A stretch of DNA of 63,577 bases, filler included, from Octopus bimaculoides (GCF_001194135.2; 8 parts of 7 records of this genome joined end to end with filler, not necessarily neighbours in it), one strand, 5' to 3'; shown: positions 11,416-24,724, counted from the whole stretch's first letter. The notes: generated by a model not told the origin, from the sequence alone. Numbers and translations are program-made.

Positions 11416-11579
11416 TACGACGGGCTTCTTTCAGTTTCCGTCTACCATATCCACTCACAAGGCTTTGGTCGGCCCGAGGCTATAGTAGAAGACACTTACC
11501 CAAGGTACCACGCAGTGGGACGGAACCCGGAACCATGTGGTTCGTAAGCAAGCTACTTATCACATTGCCACTCCTACAT
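11145..11579 (-). mobile_element. Full SINE family A with internal (TA)/(CA) microsatellite
   Basis: Reverse complement of 46590-47011; repeated CTCTTTTA tail. Confidence 0.85.
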
Positions 11580-11627
11580 ATATACGTACATATGTGTGTG
11601 TGTGCGTGTGTGTGCAATGTATAGTGA

Positions 11628-13087
11628 CAGTTGTTCAGTGTTCAAATTAAATGGCTATCAGAATCGTTTAACATCGCACGTTCGGTCCGTAAGGGATGCC
11701 CAGTCACCTCCCTTCTGAATGTACTGGCTCTCGAGCCATTGCTAAGGAAGCTGAATGTTTCGAGGGTCATCTCGCGTGAACTAGGATGCGGAAGATTCAT
11801 GTTGGCTTATACGGATGACGTCACCTAAGAGAACCAGACATCTTGGAAATCGAGGTGATCGACACTGCCCTAAGGGAGTACGAAACGGTGACAAGAGCAC
11901 ACATTAACTAGAAGTCTGAGTGTCTGCAGCTCGGAACTGGAGCAGCAGATCCATGCCACCCGACAGCGTCGTAGGGCACTGGACGGAAGGACCGGTTAAA
12001 TTGCTCAGGGTCTGGTTTGGTCCGGACCTCTAGGTAGACAAGAACTAGGAGGGAAACTGTCCCTGAAATATCAGGTGGAGGTGGTGAAGGTGTACATCGC
12101 TCCCGTCATCTACTACTGCCTGACCGTTGTGTCCCTGCCCTGCTTCGCATCTGATTAAGCTGGAACGCTCACGCTTCCACTTTCTTTGGAAGGGACTTGT
12201 TTCGCTAGTCTGGCGGTCTATCTGTTGTCGGCAGCCACTGAGTGGAGGAGTGAGCACGCTGTGACTAATGATGCATTGGAGCTGCGACGTCTCCAGCGTT
12301 TCTTTAACGGCGATTAGGTGTGATCGCCGTTTGTCCACTATCCTAGCAGTTCTGCCGGTTCGAGGCAAGCTCTACAGGCACAAAAGAGCTGTCAAGCCGA
12401 CCTGAGCGAGATGTGCGCAGGATGATGAAACCATTCTGCGTAGACTTATCCAGTGTCCAGGCATGGCTGGATTATGGAGCTTTGTCTAATTGCTGTTGTT
12501 GTGGGTAGGGCGGATCCGGTTATCAATCCGAGTCCATCGTGAGGATCACACAGCTGCCTTTTTTTGGTGGAGAAGGGGGGGGACAGTTTTCCTCTGTCTG
12601 GCGACTATAGAGAAAGAGGTGGTGTTGTGAACAAGGTTGAAAGGACTGAAGATAGATACTTTCCCTTTCAGCCAAGTCCTCATCAGCTTTTTCAAGTTCC
12701 ACTTGAAAAGGAAAGTGGAGAGGAGAGGGAAGTGCTGTACTCCACCCCCACCCCTATCATAGTATTTCTGTTCAAACGTGGGTGAATGTAGCGAGGATGA
12801 CCCATGTGAATGGGCCTAGTTTGAGCATATACCTGCAGGCCAGAGGTTTTGAGGAGGAAAGGGGTACCTGCCTGGGGTGCCCTTGGTGGTCAGAGTGACC
12901 AGCATGTGTGGGGTTCCATGATTGGCCCTGAGTGGCACTCACTCCTTTGGGGAAGTTTTATTGCATATCTTTTGTTGTTAATTGTTATAGTATTTATTGA
13001 ATGCATGTACTTTGCGCTAAGCCCAACTTGTCCCTTGTTTTGTATTCTCTCTTTGTTTTGTAGCCGGCCTTTGTGGCCAATAAAGAA
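11628..13087 (+). mobile_element. Tx1/L1-clade LINE, 5'-truncated and degenerate (RT, zinc knuckle, 3'UTR)
   Basis: RSVRKGCPVTSLL.VLALEPLLRKL..AYTDDVT; DDETILRRLIQCP; FFKFHLKRKV; ends in AATAAAGAAAAAG; homologous to 34301-35425. Confidence 0.8.
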
Positions 13088-13114
13088 AAAGACTGTTGTT
13101 GTTATACTTGTTGT

Positions 13115-13455
13115 TAAGCTGGCAGAATCGCTAGTACGTCGAGCCAAGTGCTTAGCGGCATTTCGTCCGTCTTTACGATCAGGGTTCAAATTCCGCCGAG
13201 GTGAACTTTACCTTTCATCCTTTCGGGGTCGATATAATACTAGGGTCGATGTAATTTACTTAACCCCTTCCTGAATTTGCTAGCCATGTGCCAAAATTTG
13301 AAACCATTTACGTTCTGAGTACAAATTCCGCCGGAGTCGACTTTGCCTTTCGCCATTTTGGGGTCAATAAAATAAGTACCAGTTGAGTACTGGTGGTCGA
13401 TGCAATTGACTTACCCCCTCCCCTGAGCTTGCTGGCCTTGTGCCAAGATTTGGAA
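13115..13455 (+). mobile_element. Two adjacent SINE family B units
   Basis: AGCTGGCAGAATCGCTAG...CCGCCGAGGTGAAC.., and a second CCGCCGGAGTCGACTTTGCC body. Confidence 0.75.
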
Positions 13456-13602
13456 TCATCATCATCATCATCATCATCATTATTATTATTATTATTATTA
13501 TNNNNNNNNNNNNNNNNNNNNNNNNNNNNNNNNNNNNNNNNNNNNNNNNNNNNNNNNNNNNNNNNNNNNNNNNNNNNNNNNNNNNNNNNNNNNNNNNNNN
13601 NA

Positions 13603-13972
13603 GGGGCATTTTCCTTTCTCTACCTGTCTTTGACTCTCTTTTTTACAATTGTGGATTATAGGTAGTTAGCAGCAGCTAGTTTGACAGGAAATATTGTCTT
13701 TGAATATTTAAGCAGTCGTTGTAGTAGAAGAAGAAGAAGAAGAAGAAGAAGAAGAAGAAGAAGAAGAAGAAGAAGAAGAAGAAGAAGAAGAAGAAGAAGA
13801 AGAAGATAATGCGAGAGTGGTATGACAGTAGCAGGATGTTGGTGGAATCCTCTTAAATCGTCAAATGACCTAAAAGTGACTCATTGTGGATGATAGTAAT
13901 GGCTGGAATTGTTCTGAATAAATTCTTGAGGTCACTGTTTTGAATGCATCGTTTTTGATATTTGCGTGGGTG
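13603..13972 (-). repeat. Left arm of long inverted repeat, containing (GAA)n and a PLE linker-like fragment
   Basis: Reverse complement of 15371-15787; the minus frame QNSDLKNLFRTIPAI resembles the PLE RT-EN linker. Confidence 0.85.
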
Positions 13973-14244
13973 ATAGTGTCATTTGTTGTGAATACATTCA
14001 AAAGGAGTTTGTATTTTGTGATAAAGAATAGAATAACTCTTTACTAATGCGTTGACTACAGGTTGTATTGTCACTGAACTGATAGAGGAGAAAGATTCTG
14101 AAGCTTTTGGGAGTTCATTGGCGCAACAAGGAACAACTACATAACAGCTACCATCTCGATCCTTTTTTAAACCCAATACGCAAACACAGGGACACAAGGT
14201 AGCACCAGACAGACAGGAGGAAACAAAAGTGATAAAAATCATCA

Positions 14245-15365
14245 ACAGGAAACCAAATCAACCCTCTTAAAACCATTCCTCAAGCATATCAAAAGCTACA
14301 TATGGGACGACCTGGATATGCTCAATCACCTCCCTAAAACAATAAACAAAAAATACCCTAGCAATATTCTTCGATGTAGTCAACCTCTATTCTAATATCC
14401 TCTACAACCTAGGAATAGAGACGATTCAATTCTGGCTAGAGAATTACCCCCAATGAACTCCCACATCGCATCAAAAAAGAATTTGTGATAGAAGGGCTAA
14501 AATTCATCTTGGAGAATAACTACTTTGTCTTCTAAGACAACTTCTATCGACAAAAAATCGGGAACTGCAATGGGTATGAGAATGGCCCCATCCTTTGCCA
14601 ACCTAGTCATGGGATATCTAGAAATCGGTCTTATCGTAAGGTACTAGAAAAATACGGCAGCCTATTCTCCCTCTACATAGAAAATAACTGGAAGAGATAC
14701 TTGGATGACTGTTTCGTTCTTTGGCATGAAAGTATAGAGAGAATTAAAAAATTTCAAGCACTTATAAATGGATTTCACGTAAACATTCAATTCGCGATGG
14801 AATATAGCCATCAACAACTTTCTTTCCTCGACATCCTCATAAAGATATCTAACAACGAAATGGAAACAGATATATTCTATAAGCCCTCGGATTCCAAGCA
14901 ATATCTACCGTTCAACTCATGCCAACCCAGACACACCAGAATGAATATCCCCTTCAACCATTAAAAAGGATTTGTACTATAGTTTCTAATACAAGCACTA
15001 GGAACACACGATTACATGAACTAAAGGATACACTCATCACCAGGAACTACCCACCATCACTAATTGACATATGCTTTCAACGTGCCCTACAACTCAACAT
15101 CCACGAACTCAGACATCCCAAATTAAAGAAGGATTTACAGCCAAAAGCCCTATCATACATCTCCACACAACCCGCTTAACAATGAAGTCTTCGACACCAT
15201 CTTCCAAAACATTCCCCTACTAAAAAGAGACCACAGAATGCATTTAATCCTCCAAACGCACACCATCATAAAAAGCAAAAGACAGCCCAAATCTATGAAA
15301 AGTCTCCTAACACAAGCCCGAATACGCTCAACAACAACACTGAAGCCGTCAGTAAAAAAAATTAG
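14245..15365 (+). mobile_element. Penelope-like element reverse transcriptase, frameshifted
   Basis: FDVVNLYSNI...ILENNYF...TAMG.RMAPSFANLVMGYLE...WKRYLDDCFVLW...TDIFYKPSDSKQYLPFNSCQP. Confidence 0.9.
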
Positions 15366-15370
15366 AATAA

Positions 15371-15787
15371 CACCCACGCAAATATCAAAAACGATGCATT
15401 CAAAACAGTGACCTCAAGAATTTATTCAGAACAATTCCAGCCATTACTATCATCCACAATGAGTCACTTTTAGGTCATTTGACGATTTAAGAGGATTCCA
15501 CCAACATCCTGCTACTGTCATACCACTCTCGCATTATCTTCTTCTTCTTCTTCTTCTTCTTCTTCTTCTTCTTCTTCTTCTTCTTCTTCTTCTTCTTCTT
15601 CTTCTTCTTCTTCTTCTTCTTCTTCTTCTTCTTCTTCTTCTTCTTCTCCACCTCCTTTCTCTACTACTACGACTGCTTAAACAATCGAAGACAAGAATTC
15701 ATATCAAACTAGCTGCTGCTAACTACCTAGAATCCACATGAGTGAAAAAGAGAGACAGAGACAGGCAGAAAAAGGAAAATGACCCTT
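15371..15787 (+). repeat. Right arm of long inverted repeat, containing (TTC)n
   Basis: Reverse complement of 13603-13972. Confidence 0.85.
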
Positions 15788-15802
15788 GCATTTGAAAACT
15801 AT

Positions 15803-16015
15803 TCTTTTCTTCTTTTTCTAGTTTCAGTCATTTGACTGCGGTCATGCTGGAGCATCGCCTTTTTAGTTGAACAAGTCGACCCCAGGACTTATTCTTTGTA
15901 AGCCTAGTACTTATTCTATCGGTCTCTTATGCAGAACCGCTACGTTACGGGGACATAAACACACCAACATCGGTTGTCATGCGATAATGGGTATAAACAC
16001 AGACACGCAAACACT

Positions 16016-16077
<62 letters not shown>
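15803..16077 (-). mobile_element. SINE family A 3' half, ending in microsatellite and gap
   Basis: Matches the 11161-11400 region. Confidence 0.8.
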
Positions 16078-16176
16078 NNNNNNNNNNNNNNNNNNNNNNN
16101 NNNNNNNNNNNNNNNNNNNNNTTAATTAATTAANNNNNNNNNNNNNNNNNNNNNNNNNNNNNNNNNNNNNNNNNNN

Positions 16177-17420
16177 NTTGACAAACAATATGGGGCTATG
16201 GCAGGAATTTACATTAATATAACTAAGTCTATCGTTGGGCTTCCTATAAGGTTTATAAACATTCTTATTTAGATCGAAAGATACAACTAGGAAACTGACA
16301 ACCATCAGATTGGTATCTGTAGTTATCCTAAGACCGTAAGTTTTCATCAAATGGATAGTATCCTTCCTAAACCGATCCTGTGCTGGTCCATTGGTATTTG
16401 CGGTTAAAGCTAGGGCATCATGTTTGTAAATTGCGAAGTGTACGTCAGGAAAAGTCTTGCCCAACGTATCGAGTAGGAATAGTCCAATAAGATGGCATGT
16501 GTCTGCTCCATCATATGACTTCATGCTCACATCAAAAACACTCTCTGTATCAGTAGTCTTGACAAACTCTGCGTTCTCGCTGAAGTGTAAAGTGTTTCTG
16601 GCATGGAAGATTATGTCCTTATCCTCTGTACTGATTTCTATGAATCCGCTTGTGAAAGTGAGGGCTTTATCTAGCTGTTCTTTAGAGATATAGGCATAAA
16701 CATCGACAATATCGAATTGCGTGAATCTCGCTTTATTCATATTCTTAATAGCTTTAAACCAGTCAACGACTTCTATACTATTGGACCATTGTACCAACCT
16801 AGTGGCATTCCTGACTTCCGCATTGATTTTCCCTAAAATTTCTTTACTAATAATGCCAAGTTCTGATTTAGCTGGGTTAATAAACCTACATTTAGAATTA
16901 GATAGGAATTTCTTTTTATGGTCTTTGATAGTTATACAAGGCCTCTTTTATCGGGGAGGACCTCTGTTTTTTTTTTTAAATTTAATTTAAGTCTGGCGGC
17001 GATATTGCTAGTTTCTTTATTAATTTCGTTATAGGTTTGTGGCTTAGCCTTGGTGTAATTATTGATGATGCTATTGTATAGAAGTCGTGAATATGTACTG
17101 TTTTCTACTAGGTATAAGTGCTTGGTTTTATCGGGAAAAAGTGCCTTTCTTTTTTGGTACACATTATGTAATTGATATCTTTATTCAGTTTCTGTTGCAA
17201 AGTGTTAAAAGACTTAGGAAGTTTTATTTTCTTCATGAGCTTCAGTAGGTCCGCTTCGAAGTCTTCCAAGTCTTTGATTTTTGGAGGGAATTTCTTAGAT
17301 TTAATACCATAGAATATATTCTCTGTAGTGTCGTCTTCCATGTTGTAAAACAAAGCTTTCCATCTCGTGCGCTTAACAAGGTTTGTTAGATTATAGTTCC
17401 CTTGATGGTATAGGTATGTT
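16177..17420 (-). mobile_element. Penelope-like element RT (second, distinct lineage) with N-terminal region
   Basis: FTQFDIVDVYAYISKEQLDKAL...FDVSMKSYDGADTCHLIGLFLL...IYKHDALA...SFDLN...YKPYRKPND. Confidence 0.85.
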
Positions 17421-18112
17421 TTTCATAGAATAATCGATGTACGCGCTTCTGGATGTGTGCATGTGTGCGGGTACGTGCGTATATAGAAGTATGTGCGTGC
17501 ATACGAGAATATGCGCATATAGAGGCGTTTTGCCCTTATAGCTTTTTCACATTTTACAATTTTTTTCTTTATTTTGCCTTTATCCCTGATTTTTTTTTTC
17601 TTGGGCATGTGCGTATATTGACGTGTGTATGAACCTTTTTTGCGCGCATGAGTGTGTGTGTGTGTGTGTGTGTGTGGGCATGTATGCAGGTATATATATA
17701 TATATATTGGCGGGTGTGAGAGTGGGTGTGTGTATTTCAAGCGAGGGTGGATGAGTGCGTGCATGCTGGAGCATGTGCGTGGGTATGCGGAGGCGCGTGT
17801 GTTAGTGTGGATCTGTGCGTGAATACTGTGGTCTTTTTGGCTCCCTTGCGTTTGCTCCCTCCCCTCGCTTGGCGGTCATGGCGCTTGGTGGTCATGTATA
17901 TATATACATATATGTATATAAATTCATAAGAATGGTACAACAAGGTACCGATATTTACTGGACAATAGAAATCGATATAAAAACGACGCTATTGTATAGT
18001 ATATTGTATTGTATATTTGCTGGAAATTGATACATTTGTATTAATACATTTATTTTGAAATATTTTTCATATATGTATATATGTACATATATATATATAC
18101 ATATACGTTTAC

Positions 18113-18173
<61 letters not shown>

Positions 18174-19069
18174 CTTTTGAATATTAGCAATGAATTCTTG
18201 TTTAAATCTATATTTTGTTGACATGCTTTGAACGTCAGTGATGAGTCAAATATAAAGTGCTTCCAGTTGAAAGATTAAATTTTTATCTGCTTTAGCCAAT
18301 TCAATTCTAAGATAGTATTTCAGTTTCGTAATATGTGAATATTGATACTATGTACTCTTACTTGTAATCTTAATACATATGAGTTAATATTTCCATTTAA
18401 ATAAAGCACCTAAAACAGATTATTGATTTTAGCGCATGACCATGCCTCCACTGCAACACTTTCAACATTATGTTTCTAACATTTTCTGATGAGTGAATTA
18501 TTTTGTACTAGTGTTTAGAGTAGAAAAAAAAACGCAGGAAGCACACCTTTTGCTGAATGGTGGTCCATTACGTCTTAGTGAGTTTTGTTTGAAGTAGAAA
18601 ATCTGTTGCACCACAGATTGGTTTGCATAGTTAAAGTAAAACAAAGCTGAACGCAAACTGTTGCATTCAATGCAAACAATTGTAGATATGTTTAAAATTA
18701 CATTCCTCACCGGATTTTAAATCTTAATTGAAATGTTTCTTGAGTGAGAAAACACGAATCAGTCAAATAGACAAAGGTAGCAAGCTAATGAAATATTCGT
18801 AGTCTAATAACTCTGTTACTCTGTTTACAATAGTTTTGGATTTTACTTATGGTAACTATAACATGCATATATTTACTATATGAACCTATATTCAGTAAAG
18901 GTGCATAAAATGATGATATTTATGTATTCTTGGCATACGAATGTACATTACGTATACAAGAATATATTGAATATACTTCTTTATGTTGGATATGCTGATG
19001 CAGTGTACCTATTAATGTTCACTAACAAATAAAGTAACTAACAATATGTGTGTGAGCGCATATATACAT

Positions 19070-19195
19070 CTATAATATCTATCTATCTATACACACACAG
19101 ACACACACACACAGATATACACACGTTAACGCACACACACACGCACACACACACGCACACACACACACGTACACACACATACACACGCGCGCACA

Positions 19196-19240
<45 letters not shown>
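19070..19240. repeat. (TATC)/(CA)n microsatellite
   Basis: Direct. Confidence 0.9.
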
Positions 19241-19242
<2 letters not shown>

Positions 19243-19411
19243 ATTCCTAACGGCATTTTGGTTCTAGTAGTATTTAAGATAGTATTCTAATACTTTGTAG
19301 AATATTTCGTGAATCATAAATATATTAAATGAAATATCATTTGGAAAATCATTAGAAGTGAAATTGCAAGTCACCGTAAGGAAAATAAATATTTGGCTCC
19401 ANNNNNNNNNN

Positions 19412-19461
<50 letters not shown>

Positions 19462-19774
19462 TTAAGTTTTTGTTTAGCTCGGTTGACTCTTATAAACAAA
19501 CCATGCCAGTGATAAAGACTCCCATATGTATTTGTAGAATGTGATCTTCTTTTCTTGTAATCATATGAAGGCAATTGGCTGTTATATACGGATGGTTGAG
19601 TCGGTATTTTATGCTAAATTTTAAAAGCTTTTAGAATGCAGTCGTCAATTGTCTCCAAAGAATAATGCACAAGAAACATAATTATCTCGAACAATTTTAT
19701 ACATGGGACTCATGAATTATTAGATTGCCAAGTTATAAAACATGTTTCTTTCTCATGATATACCTTCGTGATAG

Positions 19775-20147
19775 TTGTTGGAACTCCGTCGCTTACGACG
19801 TCGAGGGTTCCAGTTGATCCAATAAACGGAAAATCCTGCTCGTGAAATTAACGTGCAAGTGGCTGAGCACTCCACAGACACGTATACACTTAACGTAGTT
19901 CTCGGGGATATTCAGCGTGACACAGGGTGACAAGGCTGACTCTTTGAATTACAGGCACAACAGAAACAGTAAGTAACAGTGGTGAAAGAGTACAGCAGGG
20001 GATGGTTCGCCACCATCCCCTGCCGGAGCCTCGTGGACTTTTAGGTGTTTTTGCTCAATAAACACTCACAACGCCCGGTCTAGGAATCGAAACCGCGATC
20101 CTATGACCGCGAGTCTGCTGCCCTAACCACTGGCCCATTGCACCTCC
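19775..20147 (-). mobile_element. Full tRNA-derived SINE family C
   Basis: Head GGAGGTGCAATGGGCCAGTGGTTAGGGCAGCAGACTCGCGGTCATAGGATCGCGGTTTCGATTCC with A/B boxes. Confidence 0.85.
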
Positions 20148-20529
20148 ATCATGATAGTGAATAGATAAGAACAATAGAATATTTGCGCTTTAAATGTTAT
20201 TGCTCAAGTTTCTAAAACAAACACTGCCAGAACCCATTTAGGATTTAATTTTATCAAAGTCAATAGGATAAATACCATATGAATACTTGAGTCGAGTAAA
20301 TGAGCTCATCTTTACCATCTCACACCCATGAACATCTTTTCTTTCAGTGGGTAAAAATACAATAATTTTCCAATTGCGCAAGCAGAGTATTTACTTATTG
20401 ATGGCGAAACTCTAAGAGAAAAGATGTGGTAACACAATACAAGTTAAACCATGAAAACTACAAAAAATATGAAGTAGAATATTTCGATCAATTAAGAATT
20501 CGTTGGCAAACAGAAATTATGGTATATAT

Positions 20530-20684
20530 TCTTTTTCTTCTTCTTCTTCTTCCTCATCTTCTTCTTCCTCATCTTCTTCTTCTTCCTCATCTTCTTCTTC
20601 TTCTTCTTCTCCTCCTCCGCCTCCTCCTCCTCCTCCTCCTTCTTCTTCTTCTTCTTCTTCTCCACCTCCTCTTCCCCCTCCTCA

Positions 20685-20725
<41 letters not shown>

Positions 20726-20745
20726 TAGCTGCTGCTGCTGCTACC
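20530..20745. repeat. Compound (TTC)/(CTC)/(TAC)/(GCT) microsatellite
   Basis: Direct. Confidence 0.9.
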
Positions 20746-21470
20746 GCTTTTCTTATTGCTTTTGTCGTAATAAGGTATTTCCGAATAGCTGTTACGTGAT
20801 AGAAGCGCATGCTAGAAATAACAGTCAAATTTTCCAATTTCTGTGGAAAGGATCCGCTTACGCGTCATTTCGATGTCATGTTAATTGAAGTGTTAACATG
20901 AATGTGCAAATATAAATAAGTTGCAATATTGCAACAGGTGCGATAATTACGAAGTGGTCATTGAATGGTAAACGTGTAAATTTGAATTAAAAGTGAAACA
21001 AAGTGAAACATCGTTATGAACCGATTAGGCTGGTATTTCTAGCACAACTTGCTACCACGGAACAGCGATGAAGGACTTGCTGTTATCGCAAATAGCTGTT
21101 ACGTGGTAGCATTGCGTGGTAGAAAACAATCACAGAGGCTCGTTACACCAGAACGAGATGAGAATAGTGAACGCTGGGAGAAACATTTTTCTTTTTTTTT
21201 TTAAAGAGAAAAGATAAGAAAGAGAGAGGAAAAGAAAGATGGACGATGGTCATGTGTGACCATTGAGAGAGAGAGAGAGAGAAAAAAAGAGAAGGAGAAA
21301 GAGGGGAAAAGAGACAGAGAGATAGAAACCTGTGTAGGAGGGAGATAAAAAGGGAATTAGGGAAGGCTGGAGGAAGAAAACGGTATAGAGTAGAGTAACA
21401 TGACAAAGGTGAAGATAAAATTACTTGGAAATTGATGAATCGCATTCAATTAAACAATAAATAATATATA

Positions 21471-21554
<84 letters not shown>

Positions 21555-23470
21555 AGTGTTTGTCCCCCTAGCATTGCTTGACAACCNNNNNNNNNNNNNN
21601 NNNNNNNNNNNNNNNNNNNNNNNNNNNNNNNNNNNNNNNNNNNNNNNNNNNNNNNNNNNNNNNNNNNNNNNNNNNNNNNNNNNNNNNNNNNNNNNNNNNN
21701 NNNNNNNNNNNNNNNNNNNNNNNNNNNNNNNNNNNNNNNNNNNNNNNNNNNNNNNNNNNNNNNNNNNNNNNNNNNNNNNNNNNNNNNNNNNNNNNNNNNN
21801 NNNNNNNNNNNNNNNNNNNNNNNNNNNNNNNNNNNNNNNNNNNNNNNNNNNNNNNNNNNNNNNNNNNNNNNNNNNNNNNNNNNNNNNNNNNNNNNNNNNN
21901 NNNNNNNNNNNNNNNNNNNNNNNNNNNNNNNNNNNNNNNNNNNNNNNNNNNNNNNNNNNNNNNNNNNNNNNNNNNNNNNNNNNNNNNNNNNNNNNNNNNN
22001 NNNNNNNNNNNNNNNNNNNNNNNNNNNNNNNNNNNNNNNNNNNNNNNNNNNNNNNNNNNNNNNNNNNNNNNNNNNNNNNNNNNNNNNNNNNNNNNNNNNN
22101 NNNNNNNNNNNNNNNNNNNNNNNNNNNNNNNNNNNNNNNNNNNNNNNNNNNNNNNNNNNNNNNNNNNNNNNNNNNNNNNNNNNNNNNNNNNNNNNNNNNN
22201 NNNNNNNNNNNNNNNNNNNNNNNNNNNNNNNNNNNNNNNNNNNNNNNNNNNNNNNNNNNNNNNNNNNNNNNNNNNNNNNNNNNNNNNNNNNNNNNNNNNN
22301 NNNNNNNNNNNNNNNNNNNNNNNNNNNNNNNNNNNNNNNNNNNNNNNNNNNNNNNNNNNNNNNNNNNNNNNNACTTGCGAATATAGGTACAGGACGTCAA
22401 GTGCTACTTATATGGATCAATAGGGTCGACTTAATCGACTTAACCCTGTCCCCGAAATTGCTGACCATGTACCAAAATTTGAAACCAATATTAAATGCGG
22501 GCATGCAAATTCATTTAAAAAAGTTATTTTTTTACAGCAATATACTTTTCTCTCTAATTAATAAAATTGCGGTAACTTTGAATATTACATCATCCTGTAT
22601 GGTTTCATAATGTATTTTGTAATGATAAACATAAAAGAGAGCGTACTCTTTTGTTCATTTTGAGACAAAATCTGGTAGCCAACCCTATTCGGTTTGAAAA
22701 TACAAACTTTTCTCTGATATATATATGCCTCTCATTAAAGTGGCGACTTGGAGGGGAAAATCCGAAATATTTCGATAGGTCGATTGAAAGAAATTGCGGC
22801 ATTTAATAATATATCTATTAAAAGCAATTAAATATGAATATGATCTGCAATCTCTCAATAATTATATCCAATTTTATTTTCTACTAGATGACGTCAAATT
22901 AGAAAGCAGCCGCATAGAATTATTTTTAGAATTCATTTTCATCATTTTATTTCCGAGTTCAAATTATGCATCGCTTTCTTGCTAGCTCAGTAACATTAAT
23001 GCTGTCAATGAGGGCAGTCGATTATAAAAAAAACAACCGTTTTCTGATAGAAAAAAATATCAGCTTGAGTTCAATATTTGCGGTGAATGTAATATATACC
23101 GGTTGTATTTATTTGTTGACTAATACGGCTATAAACAGCTATATTCCAAATAACAAAATTTCATGGGTAATTATTTACTGCTTGTCAACAACTTTAAGAA
23201 AATATATATAATATTGTATATTTAAAAGAGAGTTTTATTGGTAATATCGAGACTAACGAGGAGAGATATCTTTAAAATGTTCGCATCAAAACATTTGCTC
23301 ACATATTTTTTTTAATATATAACCATAAATTCTAGACATTTTCCATATGACAACTGTCTTTTCTACATTTTTTCCAAAATATATTTGCTTACTTATATAA
23401 TGACTTAGACACGCATACACATACATTTAACTAACTACCTCAGCGTATCTCTCTCTCTCACACTCACTCA

Positions 23471-23509
<39 letters not shown>

Positions 23510-24624
23510 CCATATTCATTATTTCTAGGATTCATTTGAATCAAGGTATTGTAATATTGAGGACAACAAACGAGAGTCGCAATCTGCGCATGCACGTATA
23601 TGTCGCAAACAAACATCCGTATATACCCATGGACACTTGCATGCAATTTCAAGATCCAATGTAAGTTTCAGATCGAACATAGAGAAGGTCCCGGGTATGG
23701 TGTTTGCATAGAATAAGAATAGAAATGCATTAAAGGTTTACTACAACCGTTTCAGACGCGTTTATTATTGATAAATAATTTGATCTCATCTCCTGAAACT
23801 ACTGGCCTTCTGCCAGAATTTGAGATCGATATTTAGTAAAGTTACTTTCTTTATTGATTTAAAATTCCACGAGCATGTACGCTTTTCTTACCTACGAAGT
23901 CGATAATCTCTGTGATCTGCAGTTTAATGTGACTATGTGCTACAAACAGATATTTTCCTCTATGATAAAGATAGTTGTTAGTATTTCTGTTCTGTATGTT
24001 GTGCATCCCTCTGTAAAATGTTTTCTATCTACATATTACAACGACACACACGTTTGAGACTGACGAAATGAAGATTGTTTTCTGTTATTTTAGTTATTAG
24101 AGAAAACGTTACTTCAAAAGACATTACTTCCTAGTTGAAACACCATGTGCTTTACTTCACTAGAAAGTATACCAAAGCCTTCTCATGATCAGCAACACAA
24201 ATGAAATGTTTGCTGTTGAAATAATTCTTTCATGTGAACTAATGAACCATAGGTGAGAAAGTAATGCACGCCGGATTTGTATCCGCACAAAATGTGCGAA
24301 GATATTTGAAAAACATCCTTTCATATTTTTATAGTCTTATAGGATCTACACACTAAGCAACAGGAAGGAAATAGGTTATTGTGACATGGCACGCATATTT
24401 CTGCTATATTGTAAAGAAATGCAATTTGTACAACATAGAAATTAGAAAAGAAACGAATACAACCAACAATAATTTCTAATAAGTATATACTTCTATCAAC
24501 GTAGCATGTACCTGTTATTCTTAAAGATTCATAAGGATTGGTTTAATAAACTCGGCCTTATACACTAATTCCTGTAAAAATGAAAGTCTACTCTTTTGTT
24601 GCATAAATAATGCATGGTAAAATG

Positions 24625-24692
24625 AAATAATAATAATAATAATAAAAATAATAATGATAATAATATTAATAATAATAATAATAATAATAATG

Positions 24693-24721
<29 letters not shown>
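24625..24721. repeat. (TAA)n microsatellite, 5' flank of REL LINE
   Basis: Direct. Confidence 0.9.

Positions 24722-24724
<3 letters not shown>

Noticed and set aside
24163-24253. Open 89-nt segment between TAG and GTGAGA as a candidate exon
   Set aside because: The acceptor is weak and the peptide is unrecognisable, so it is compatible with chance.
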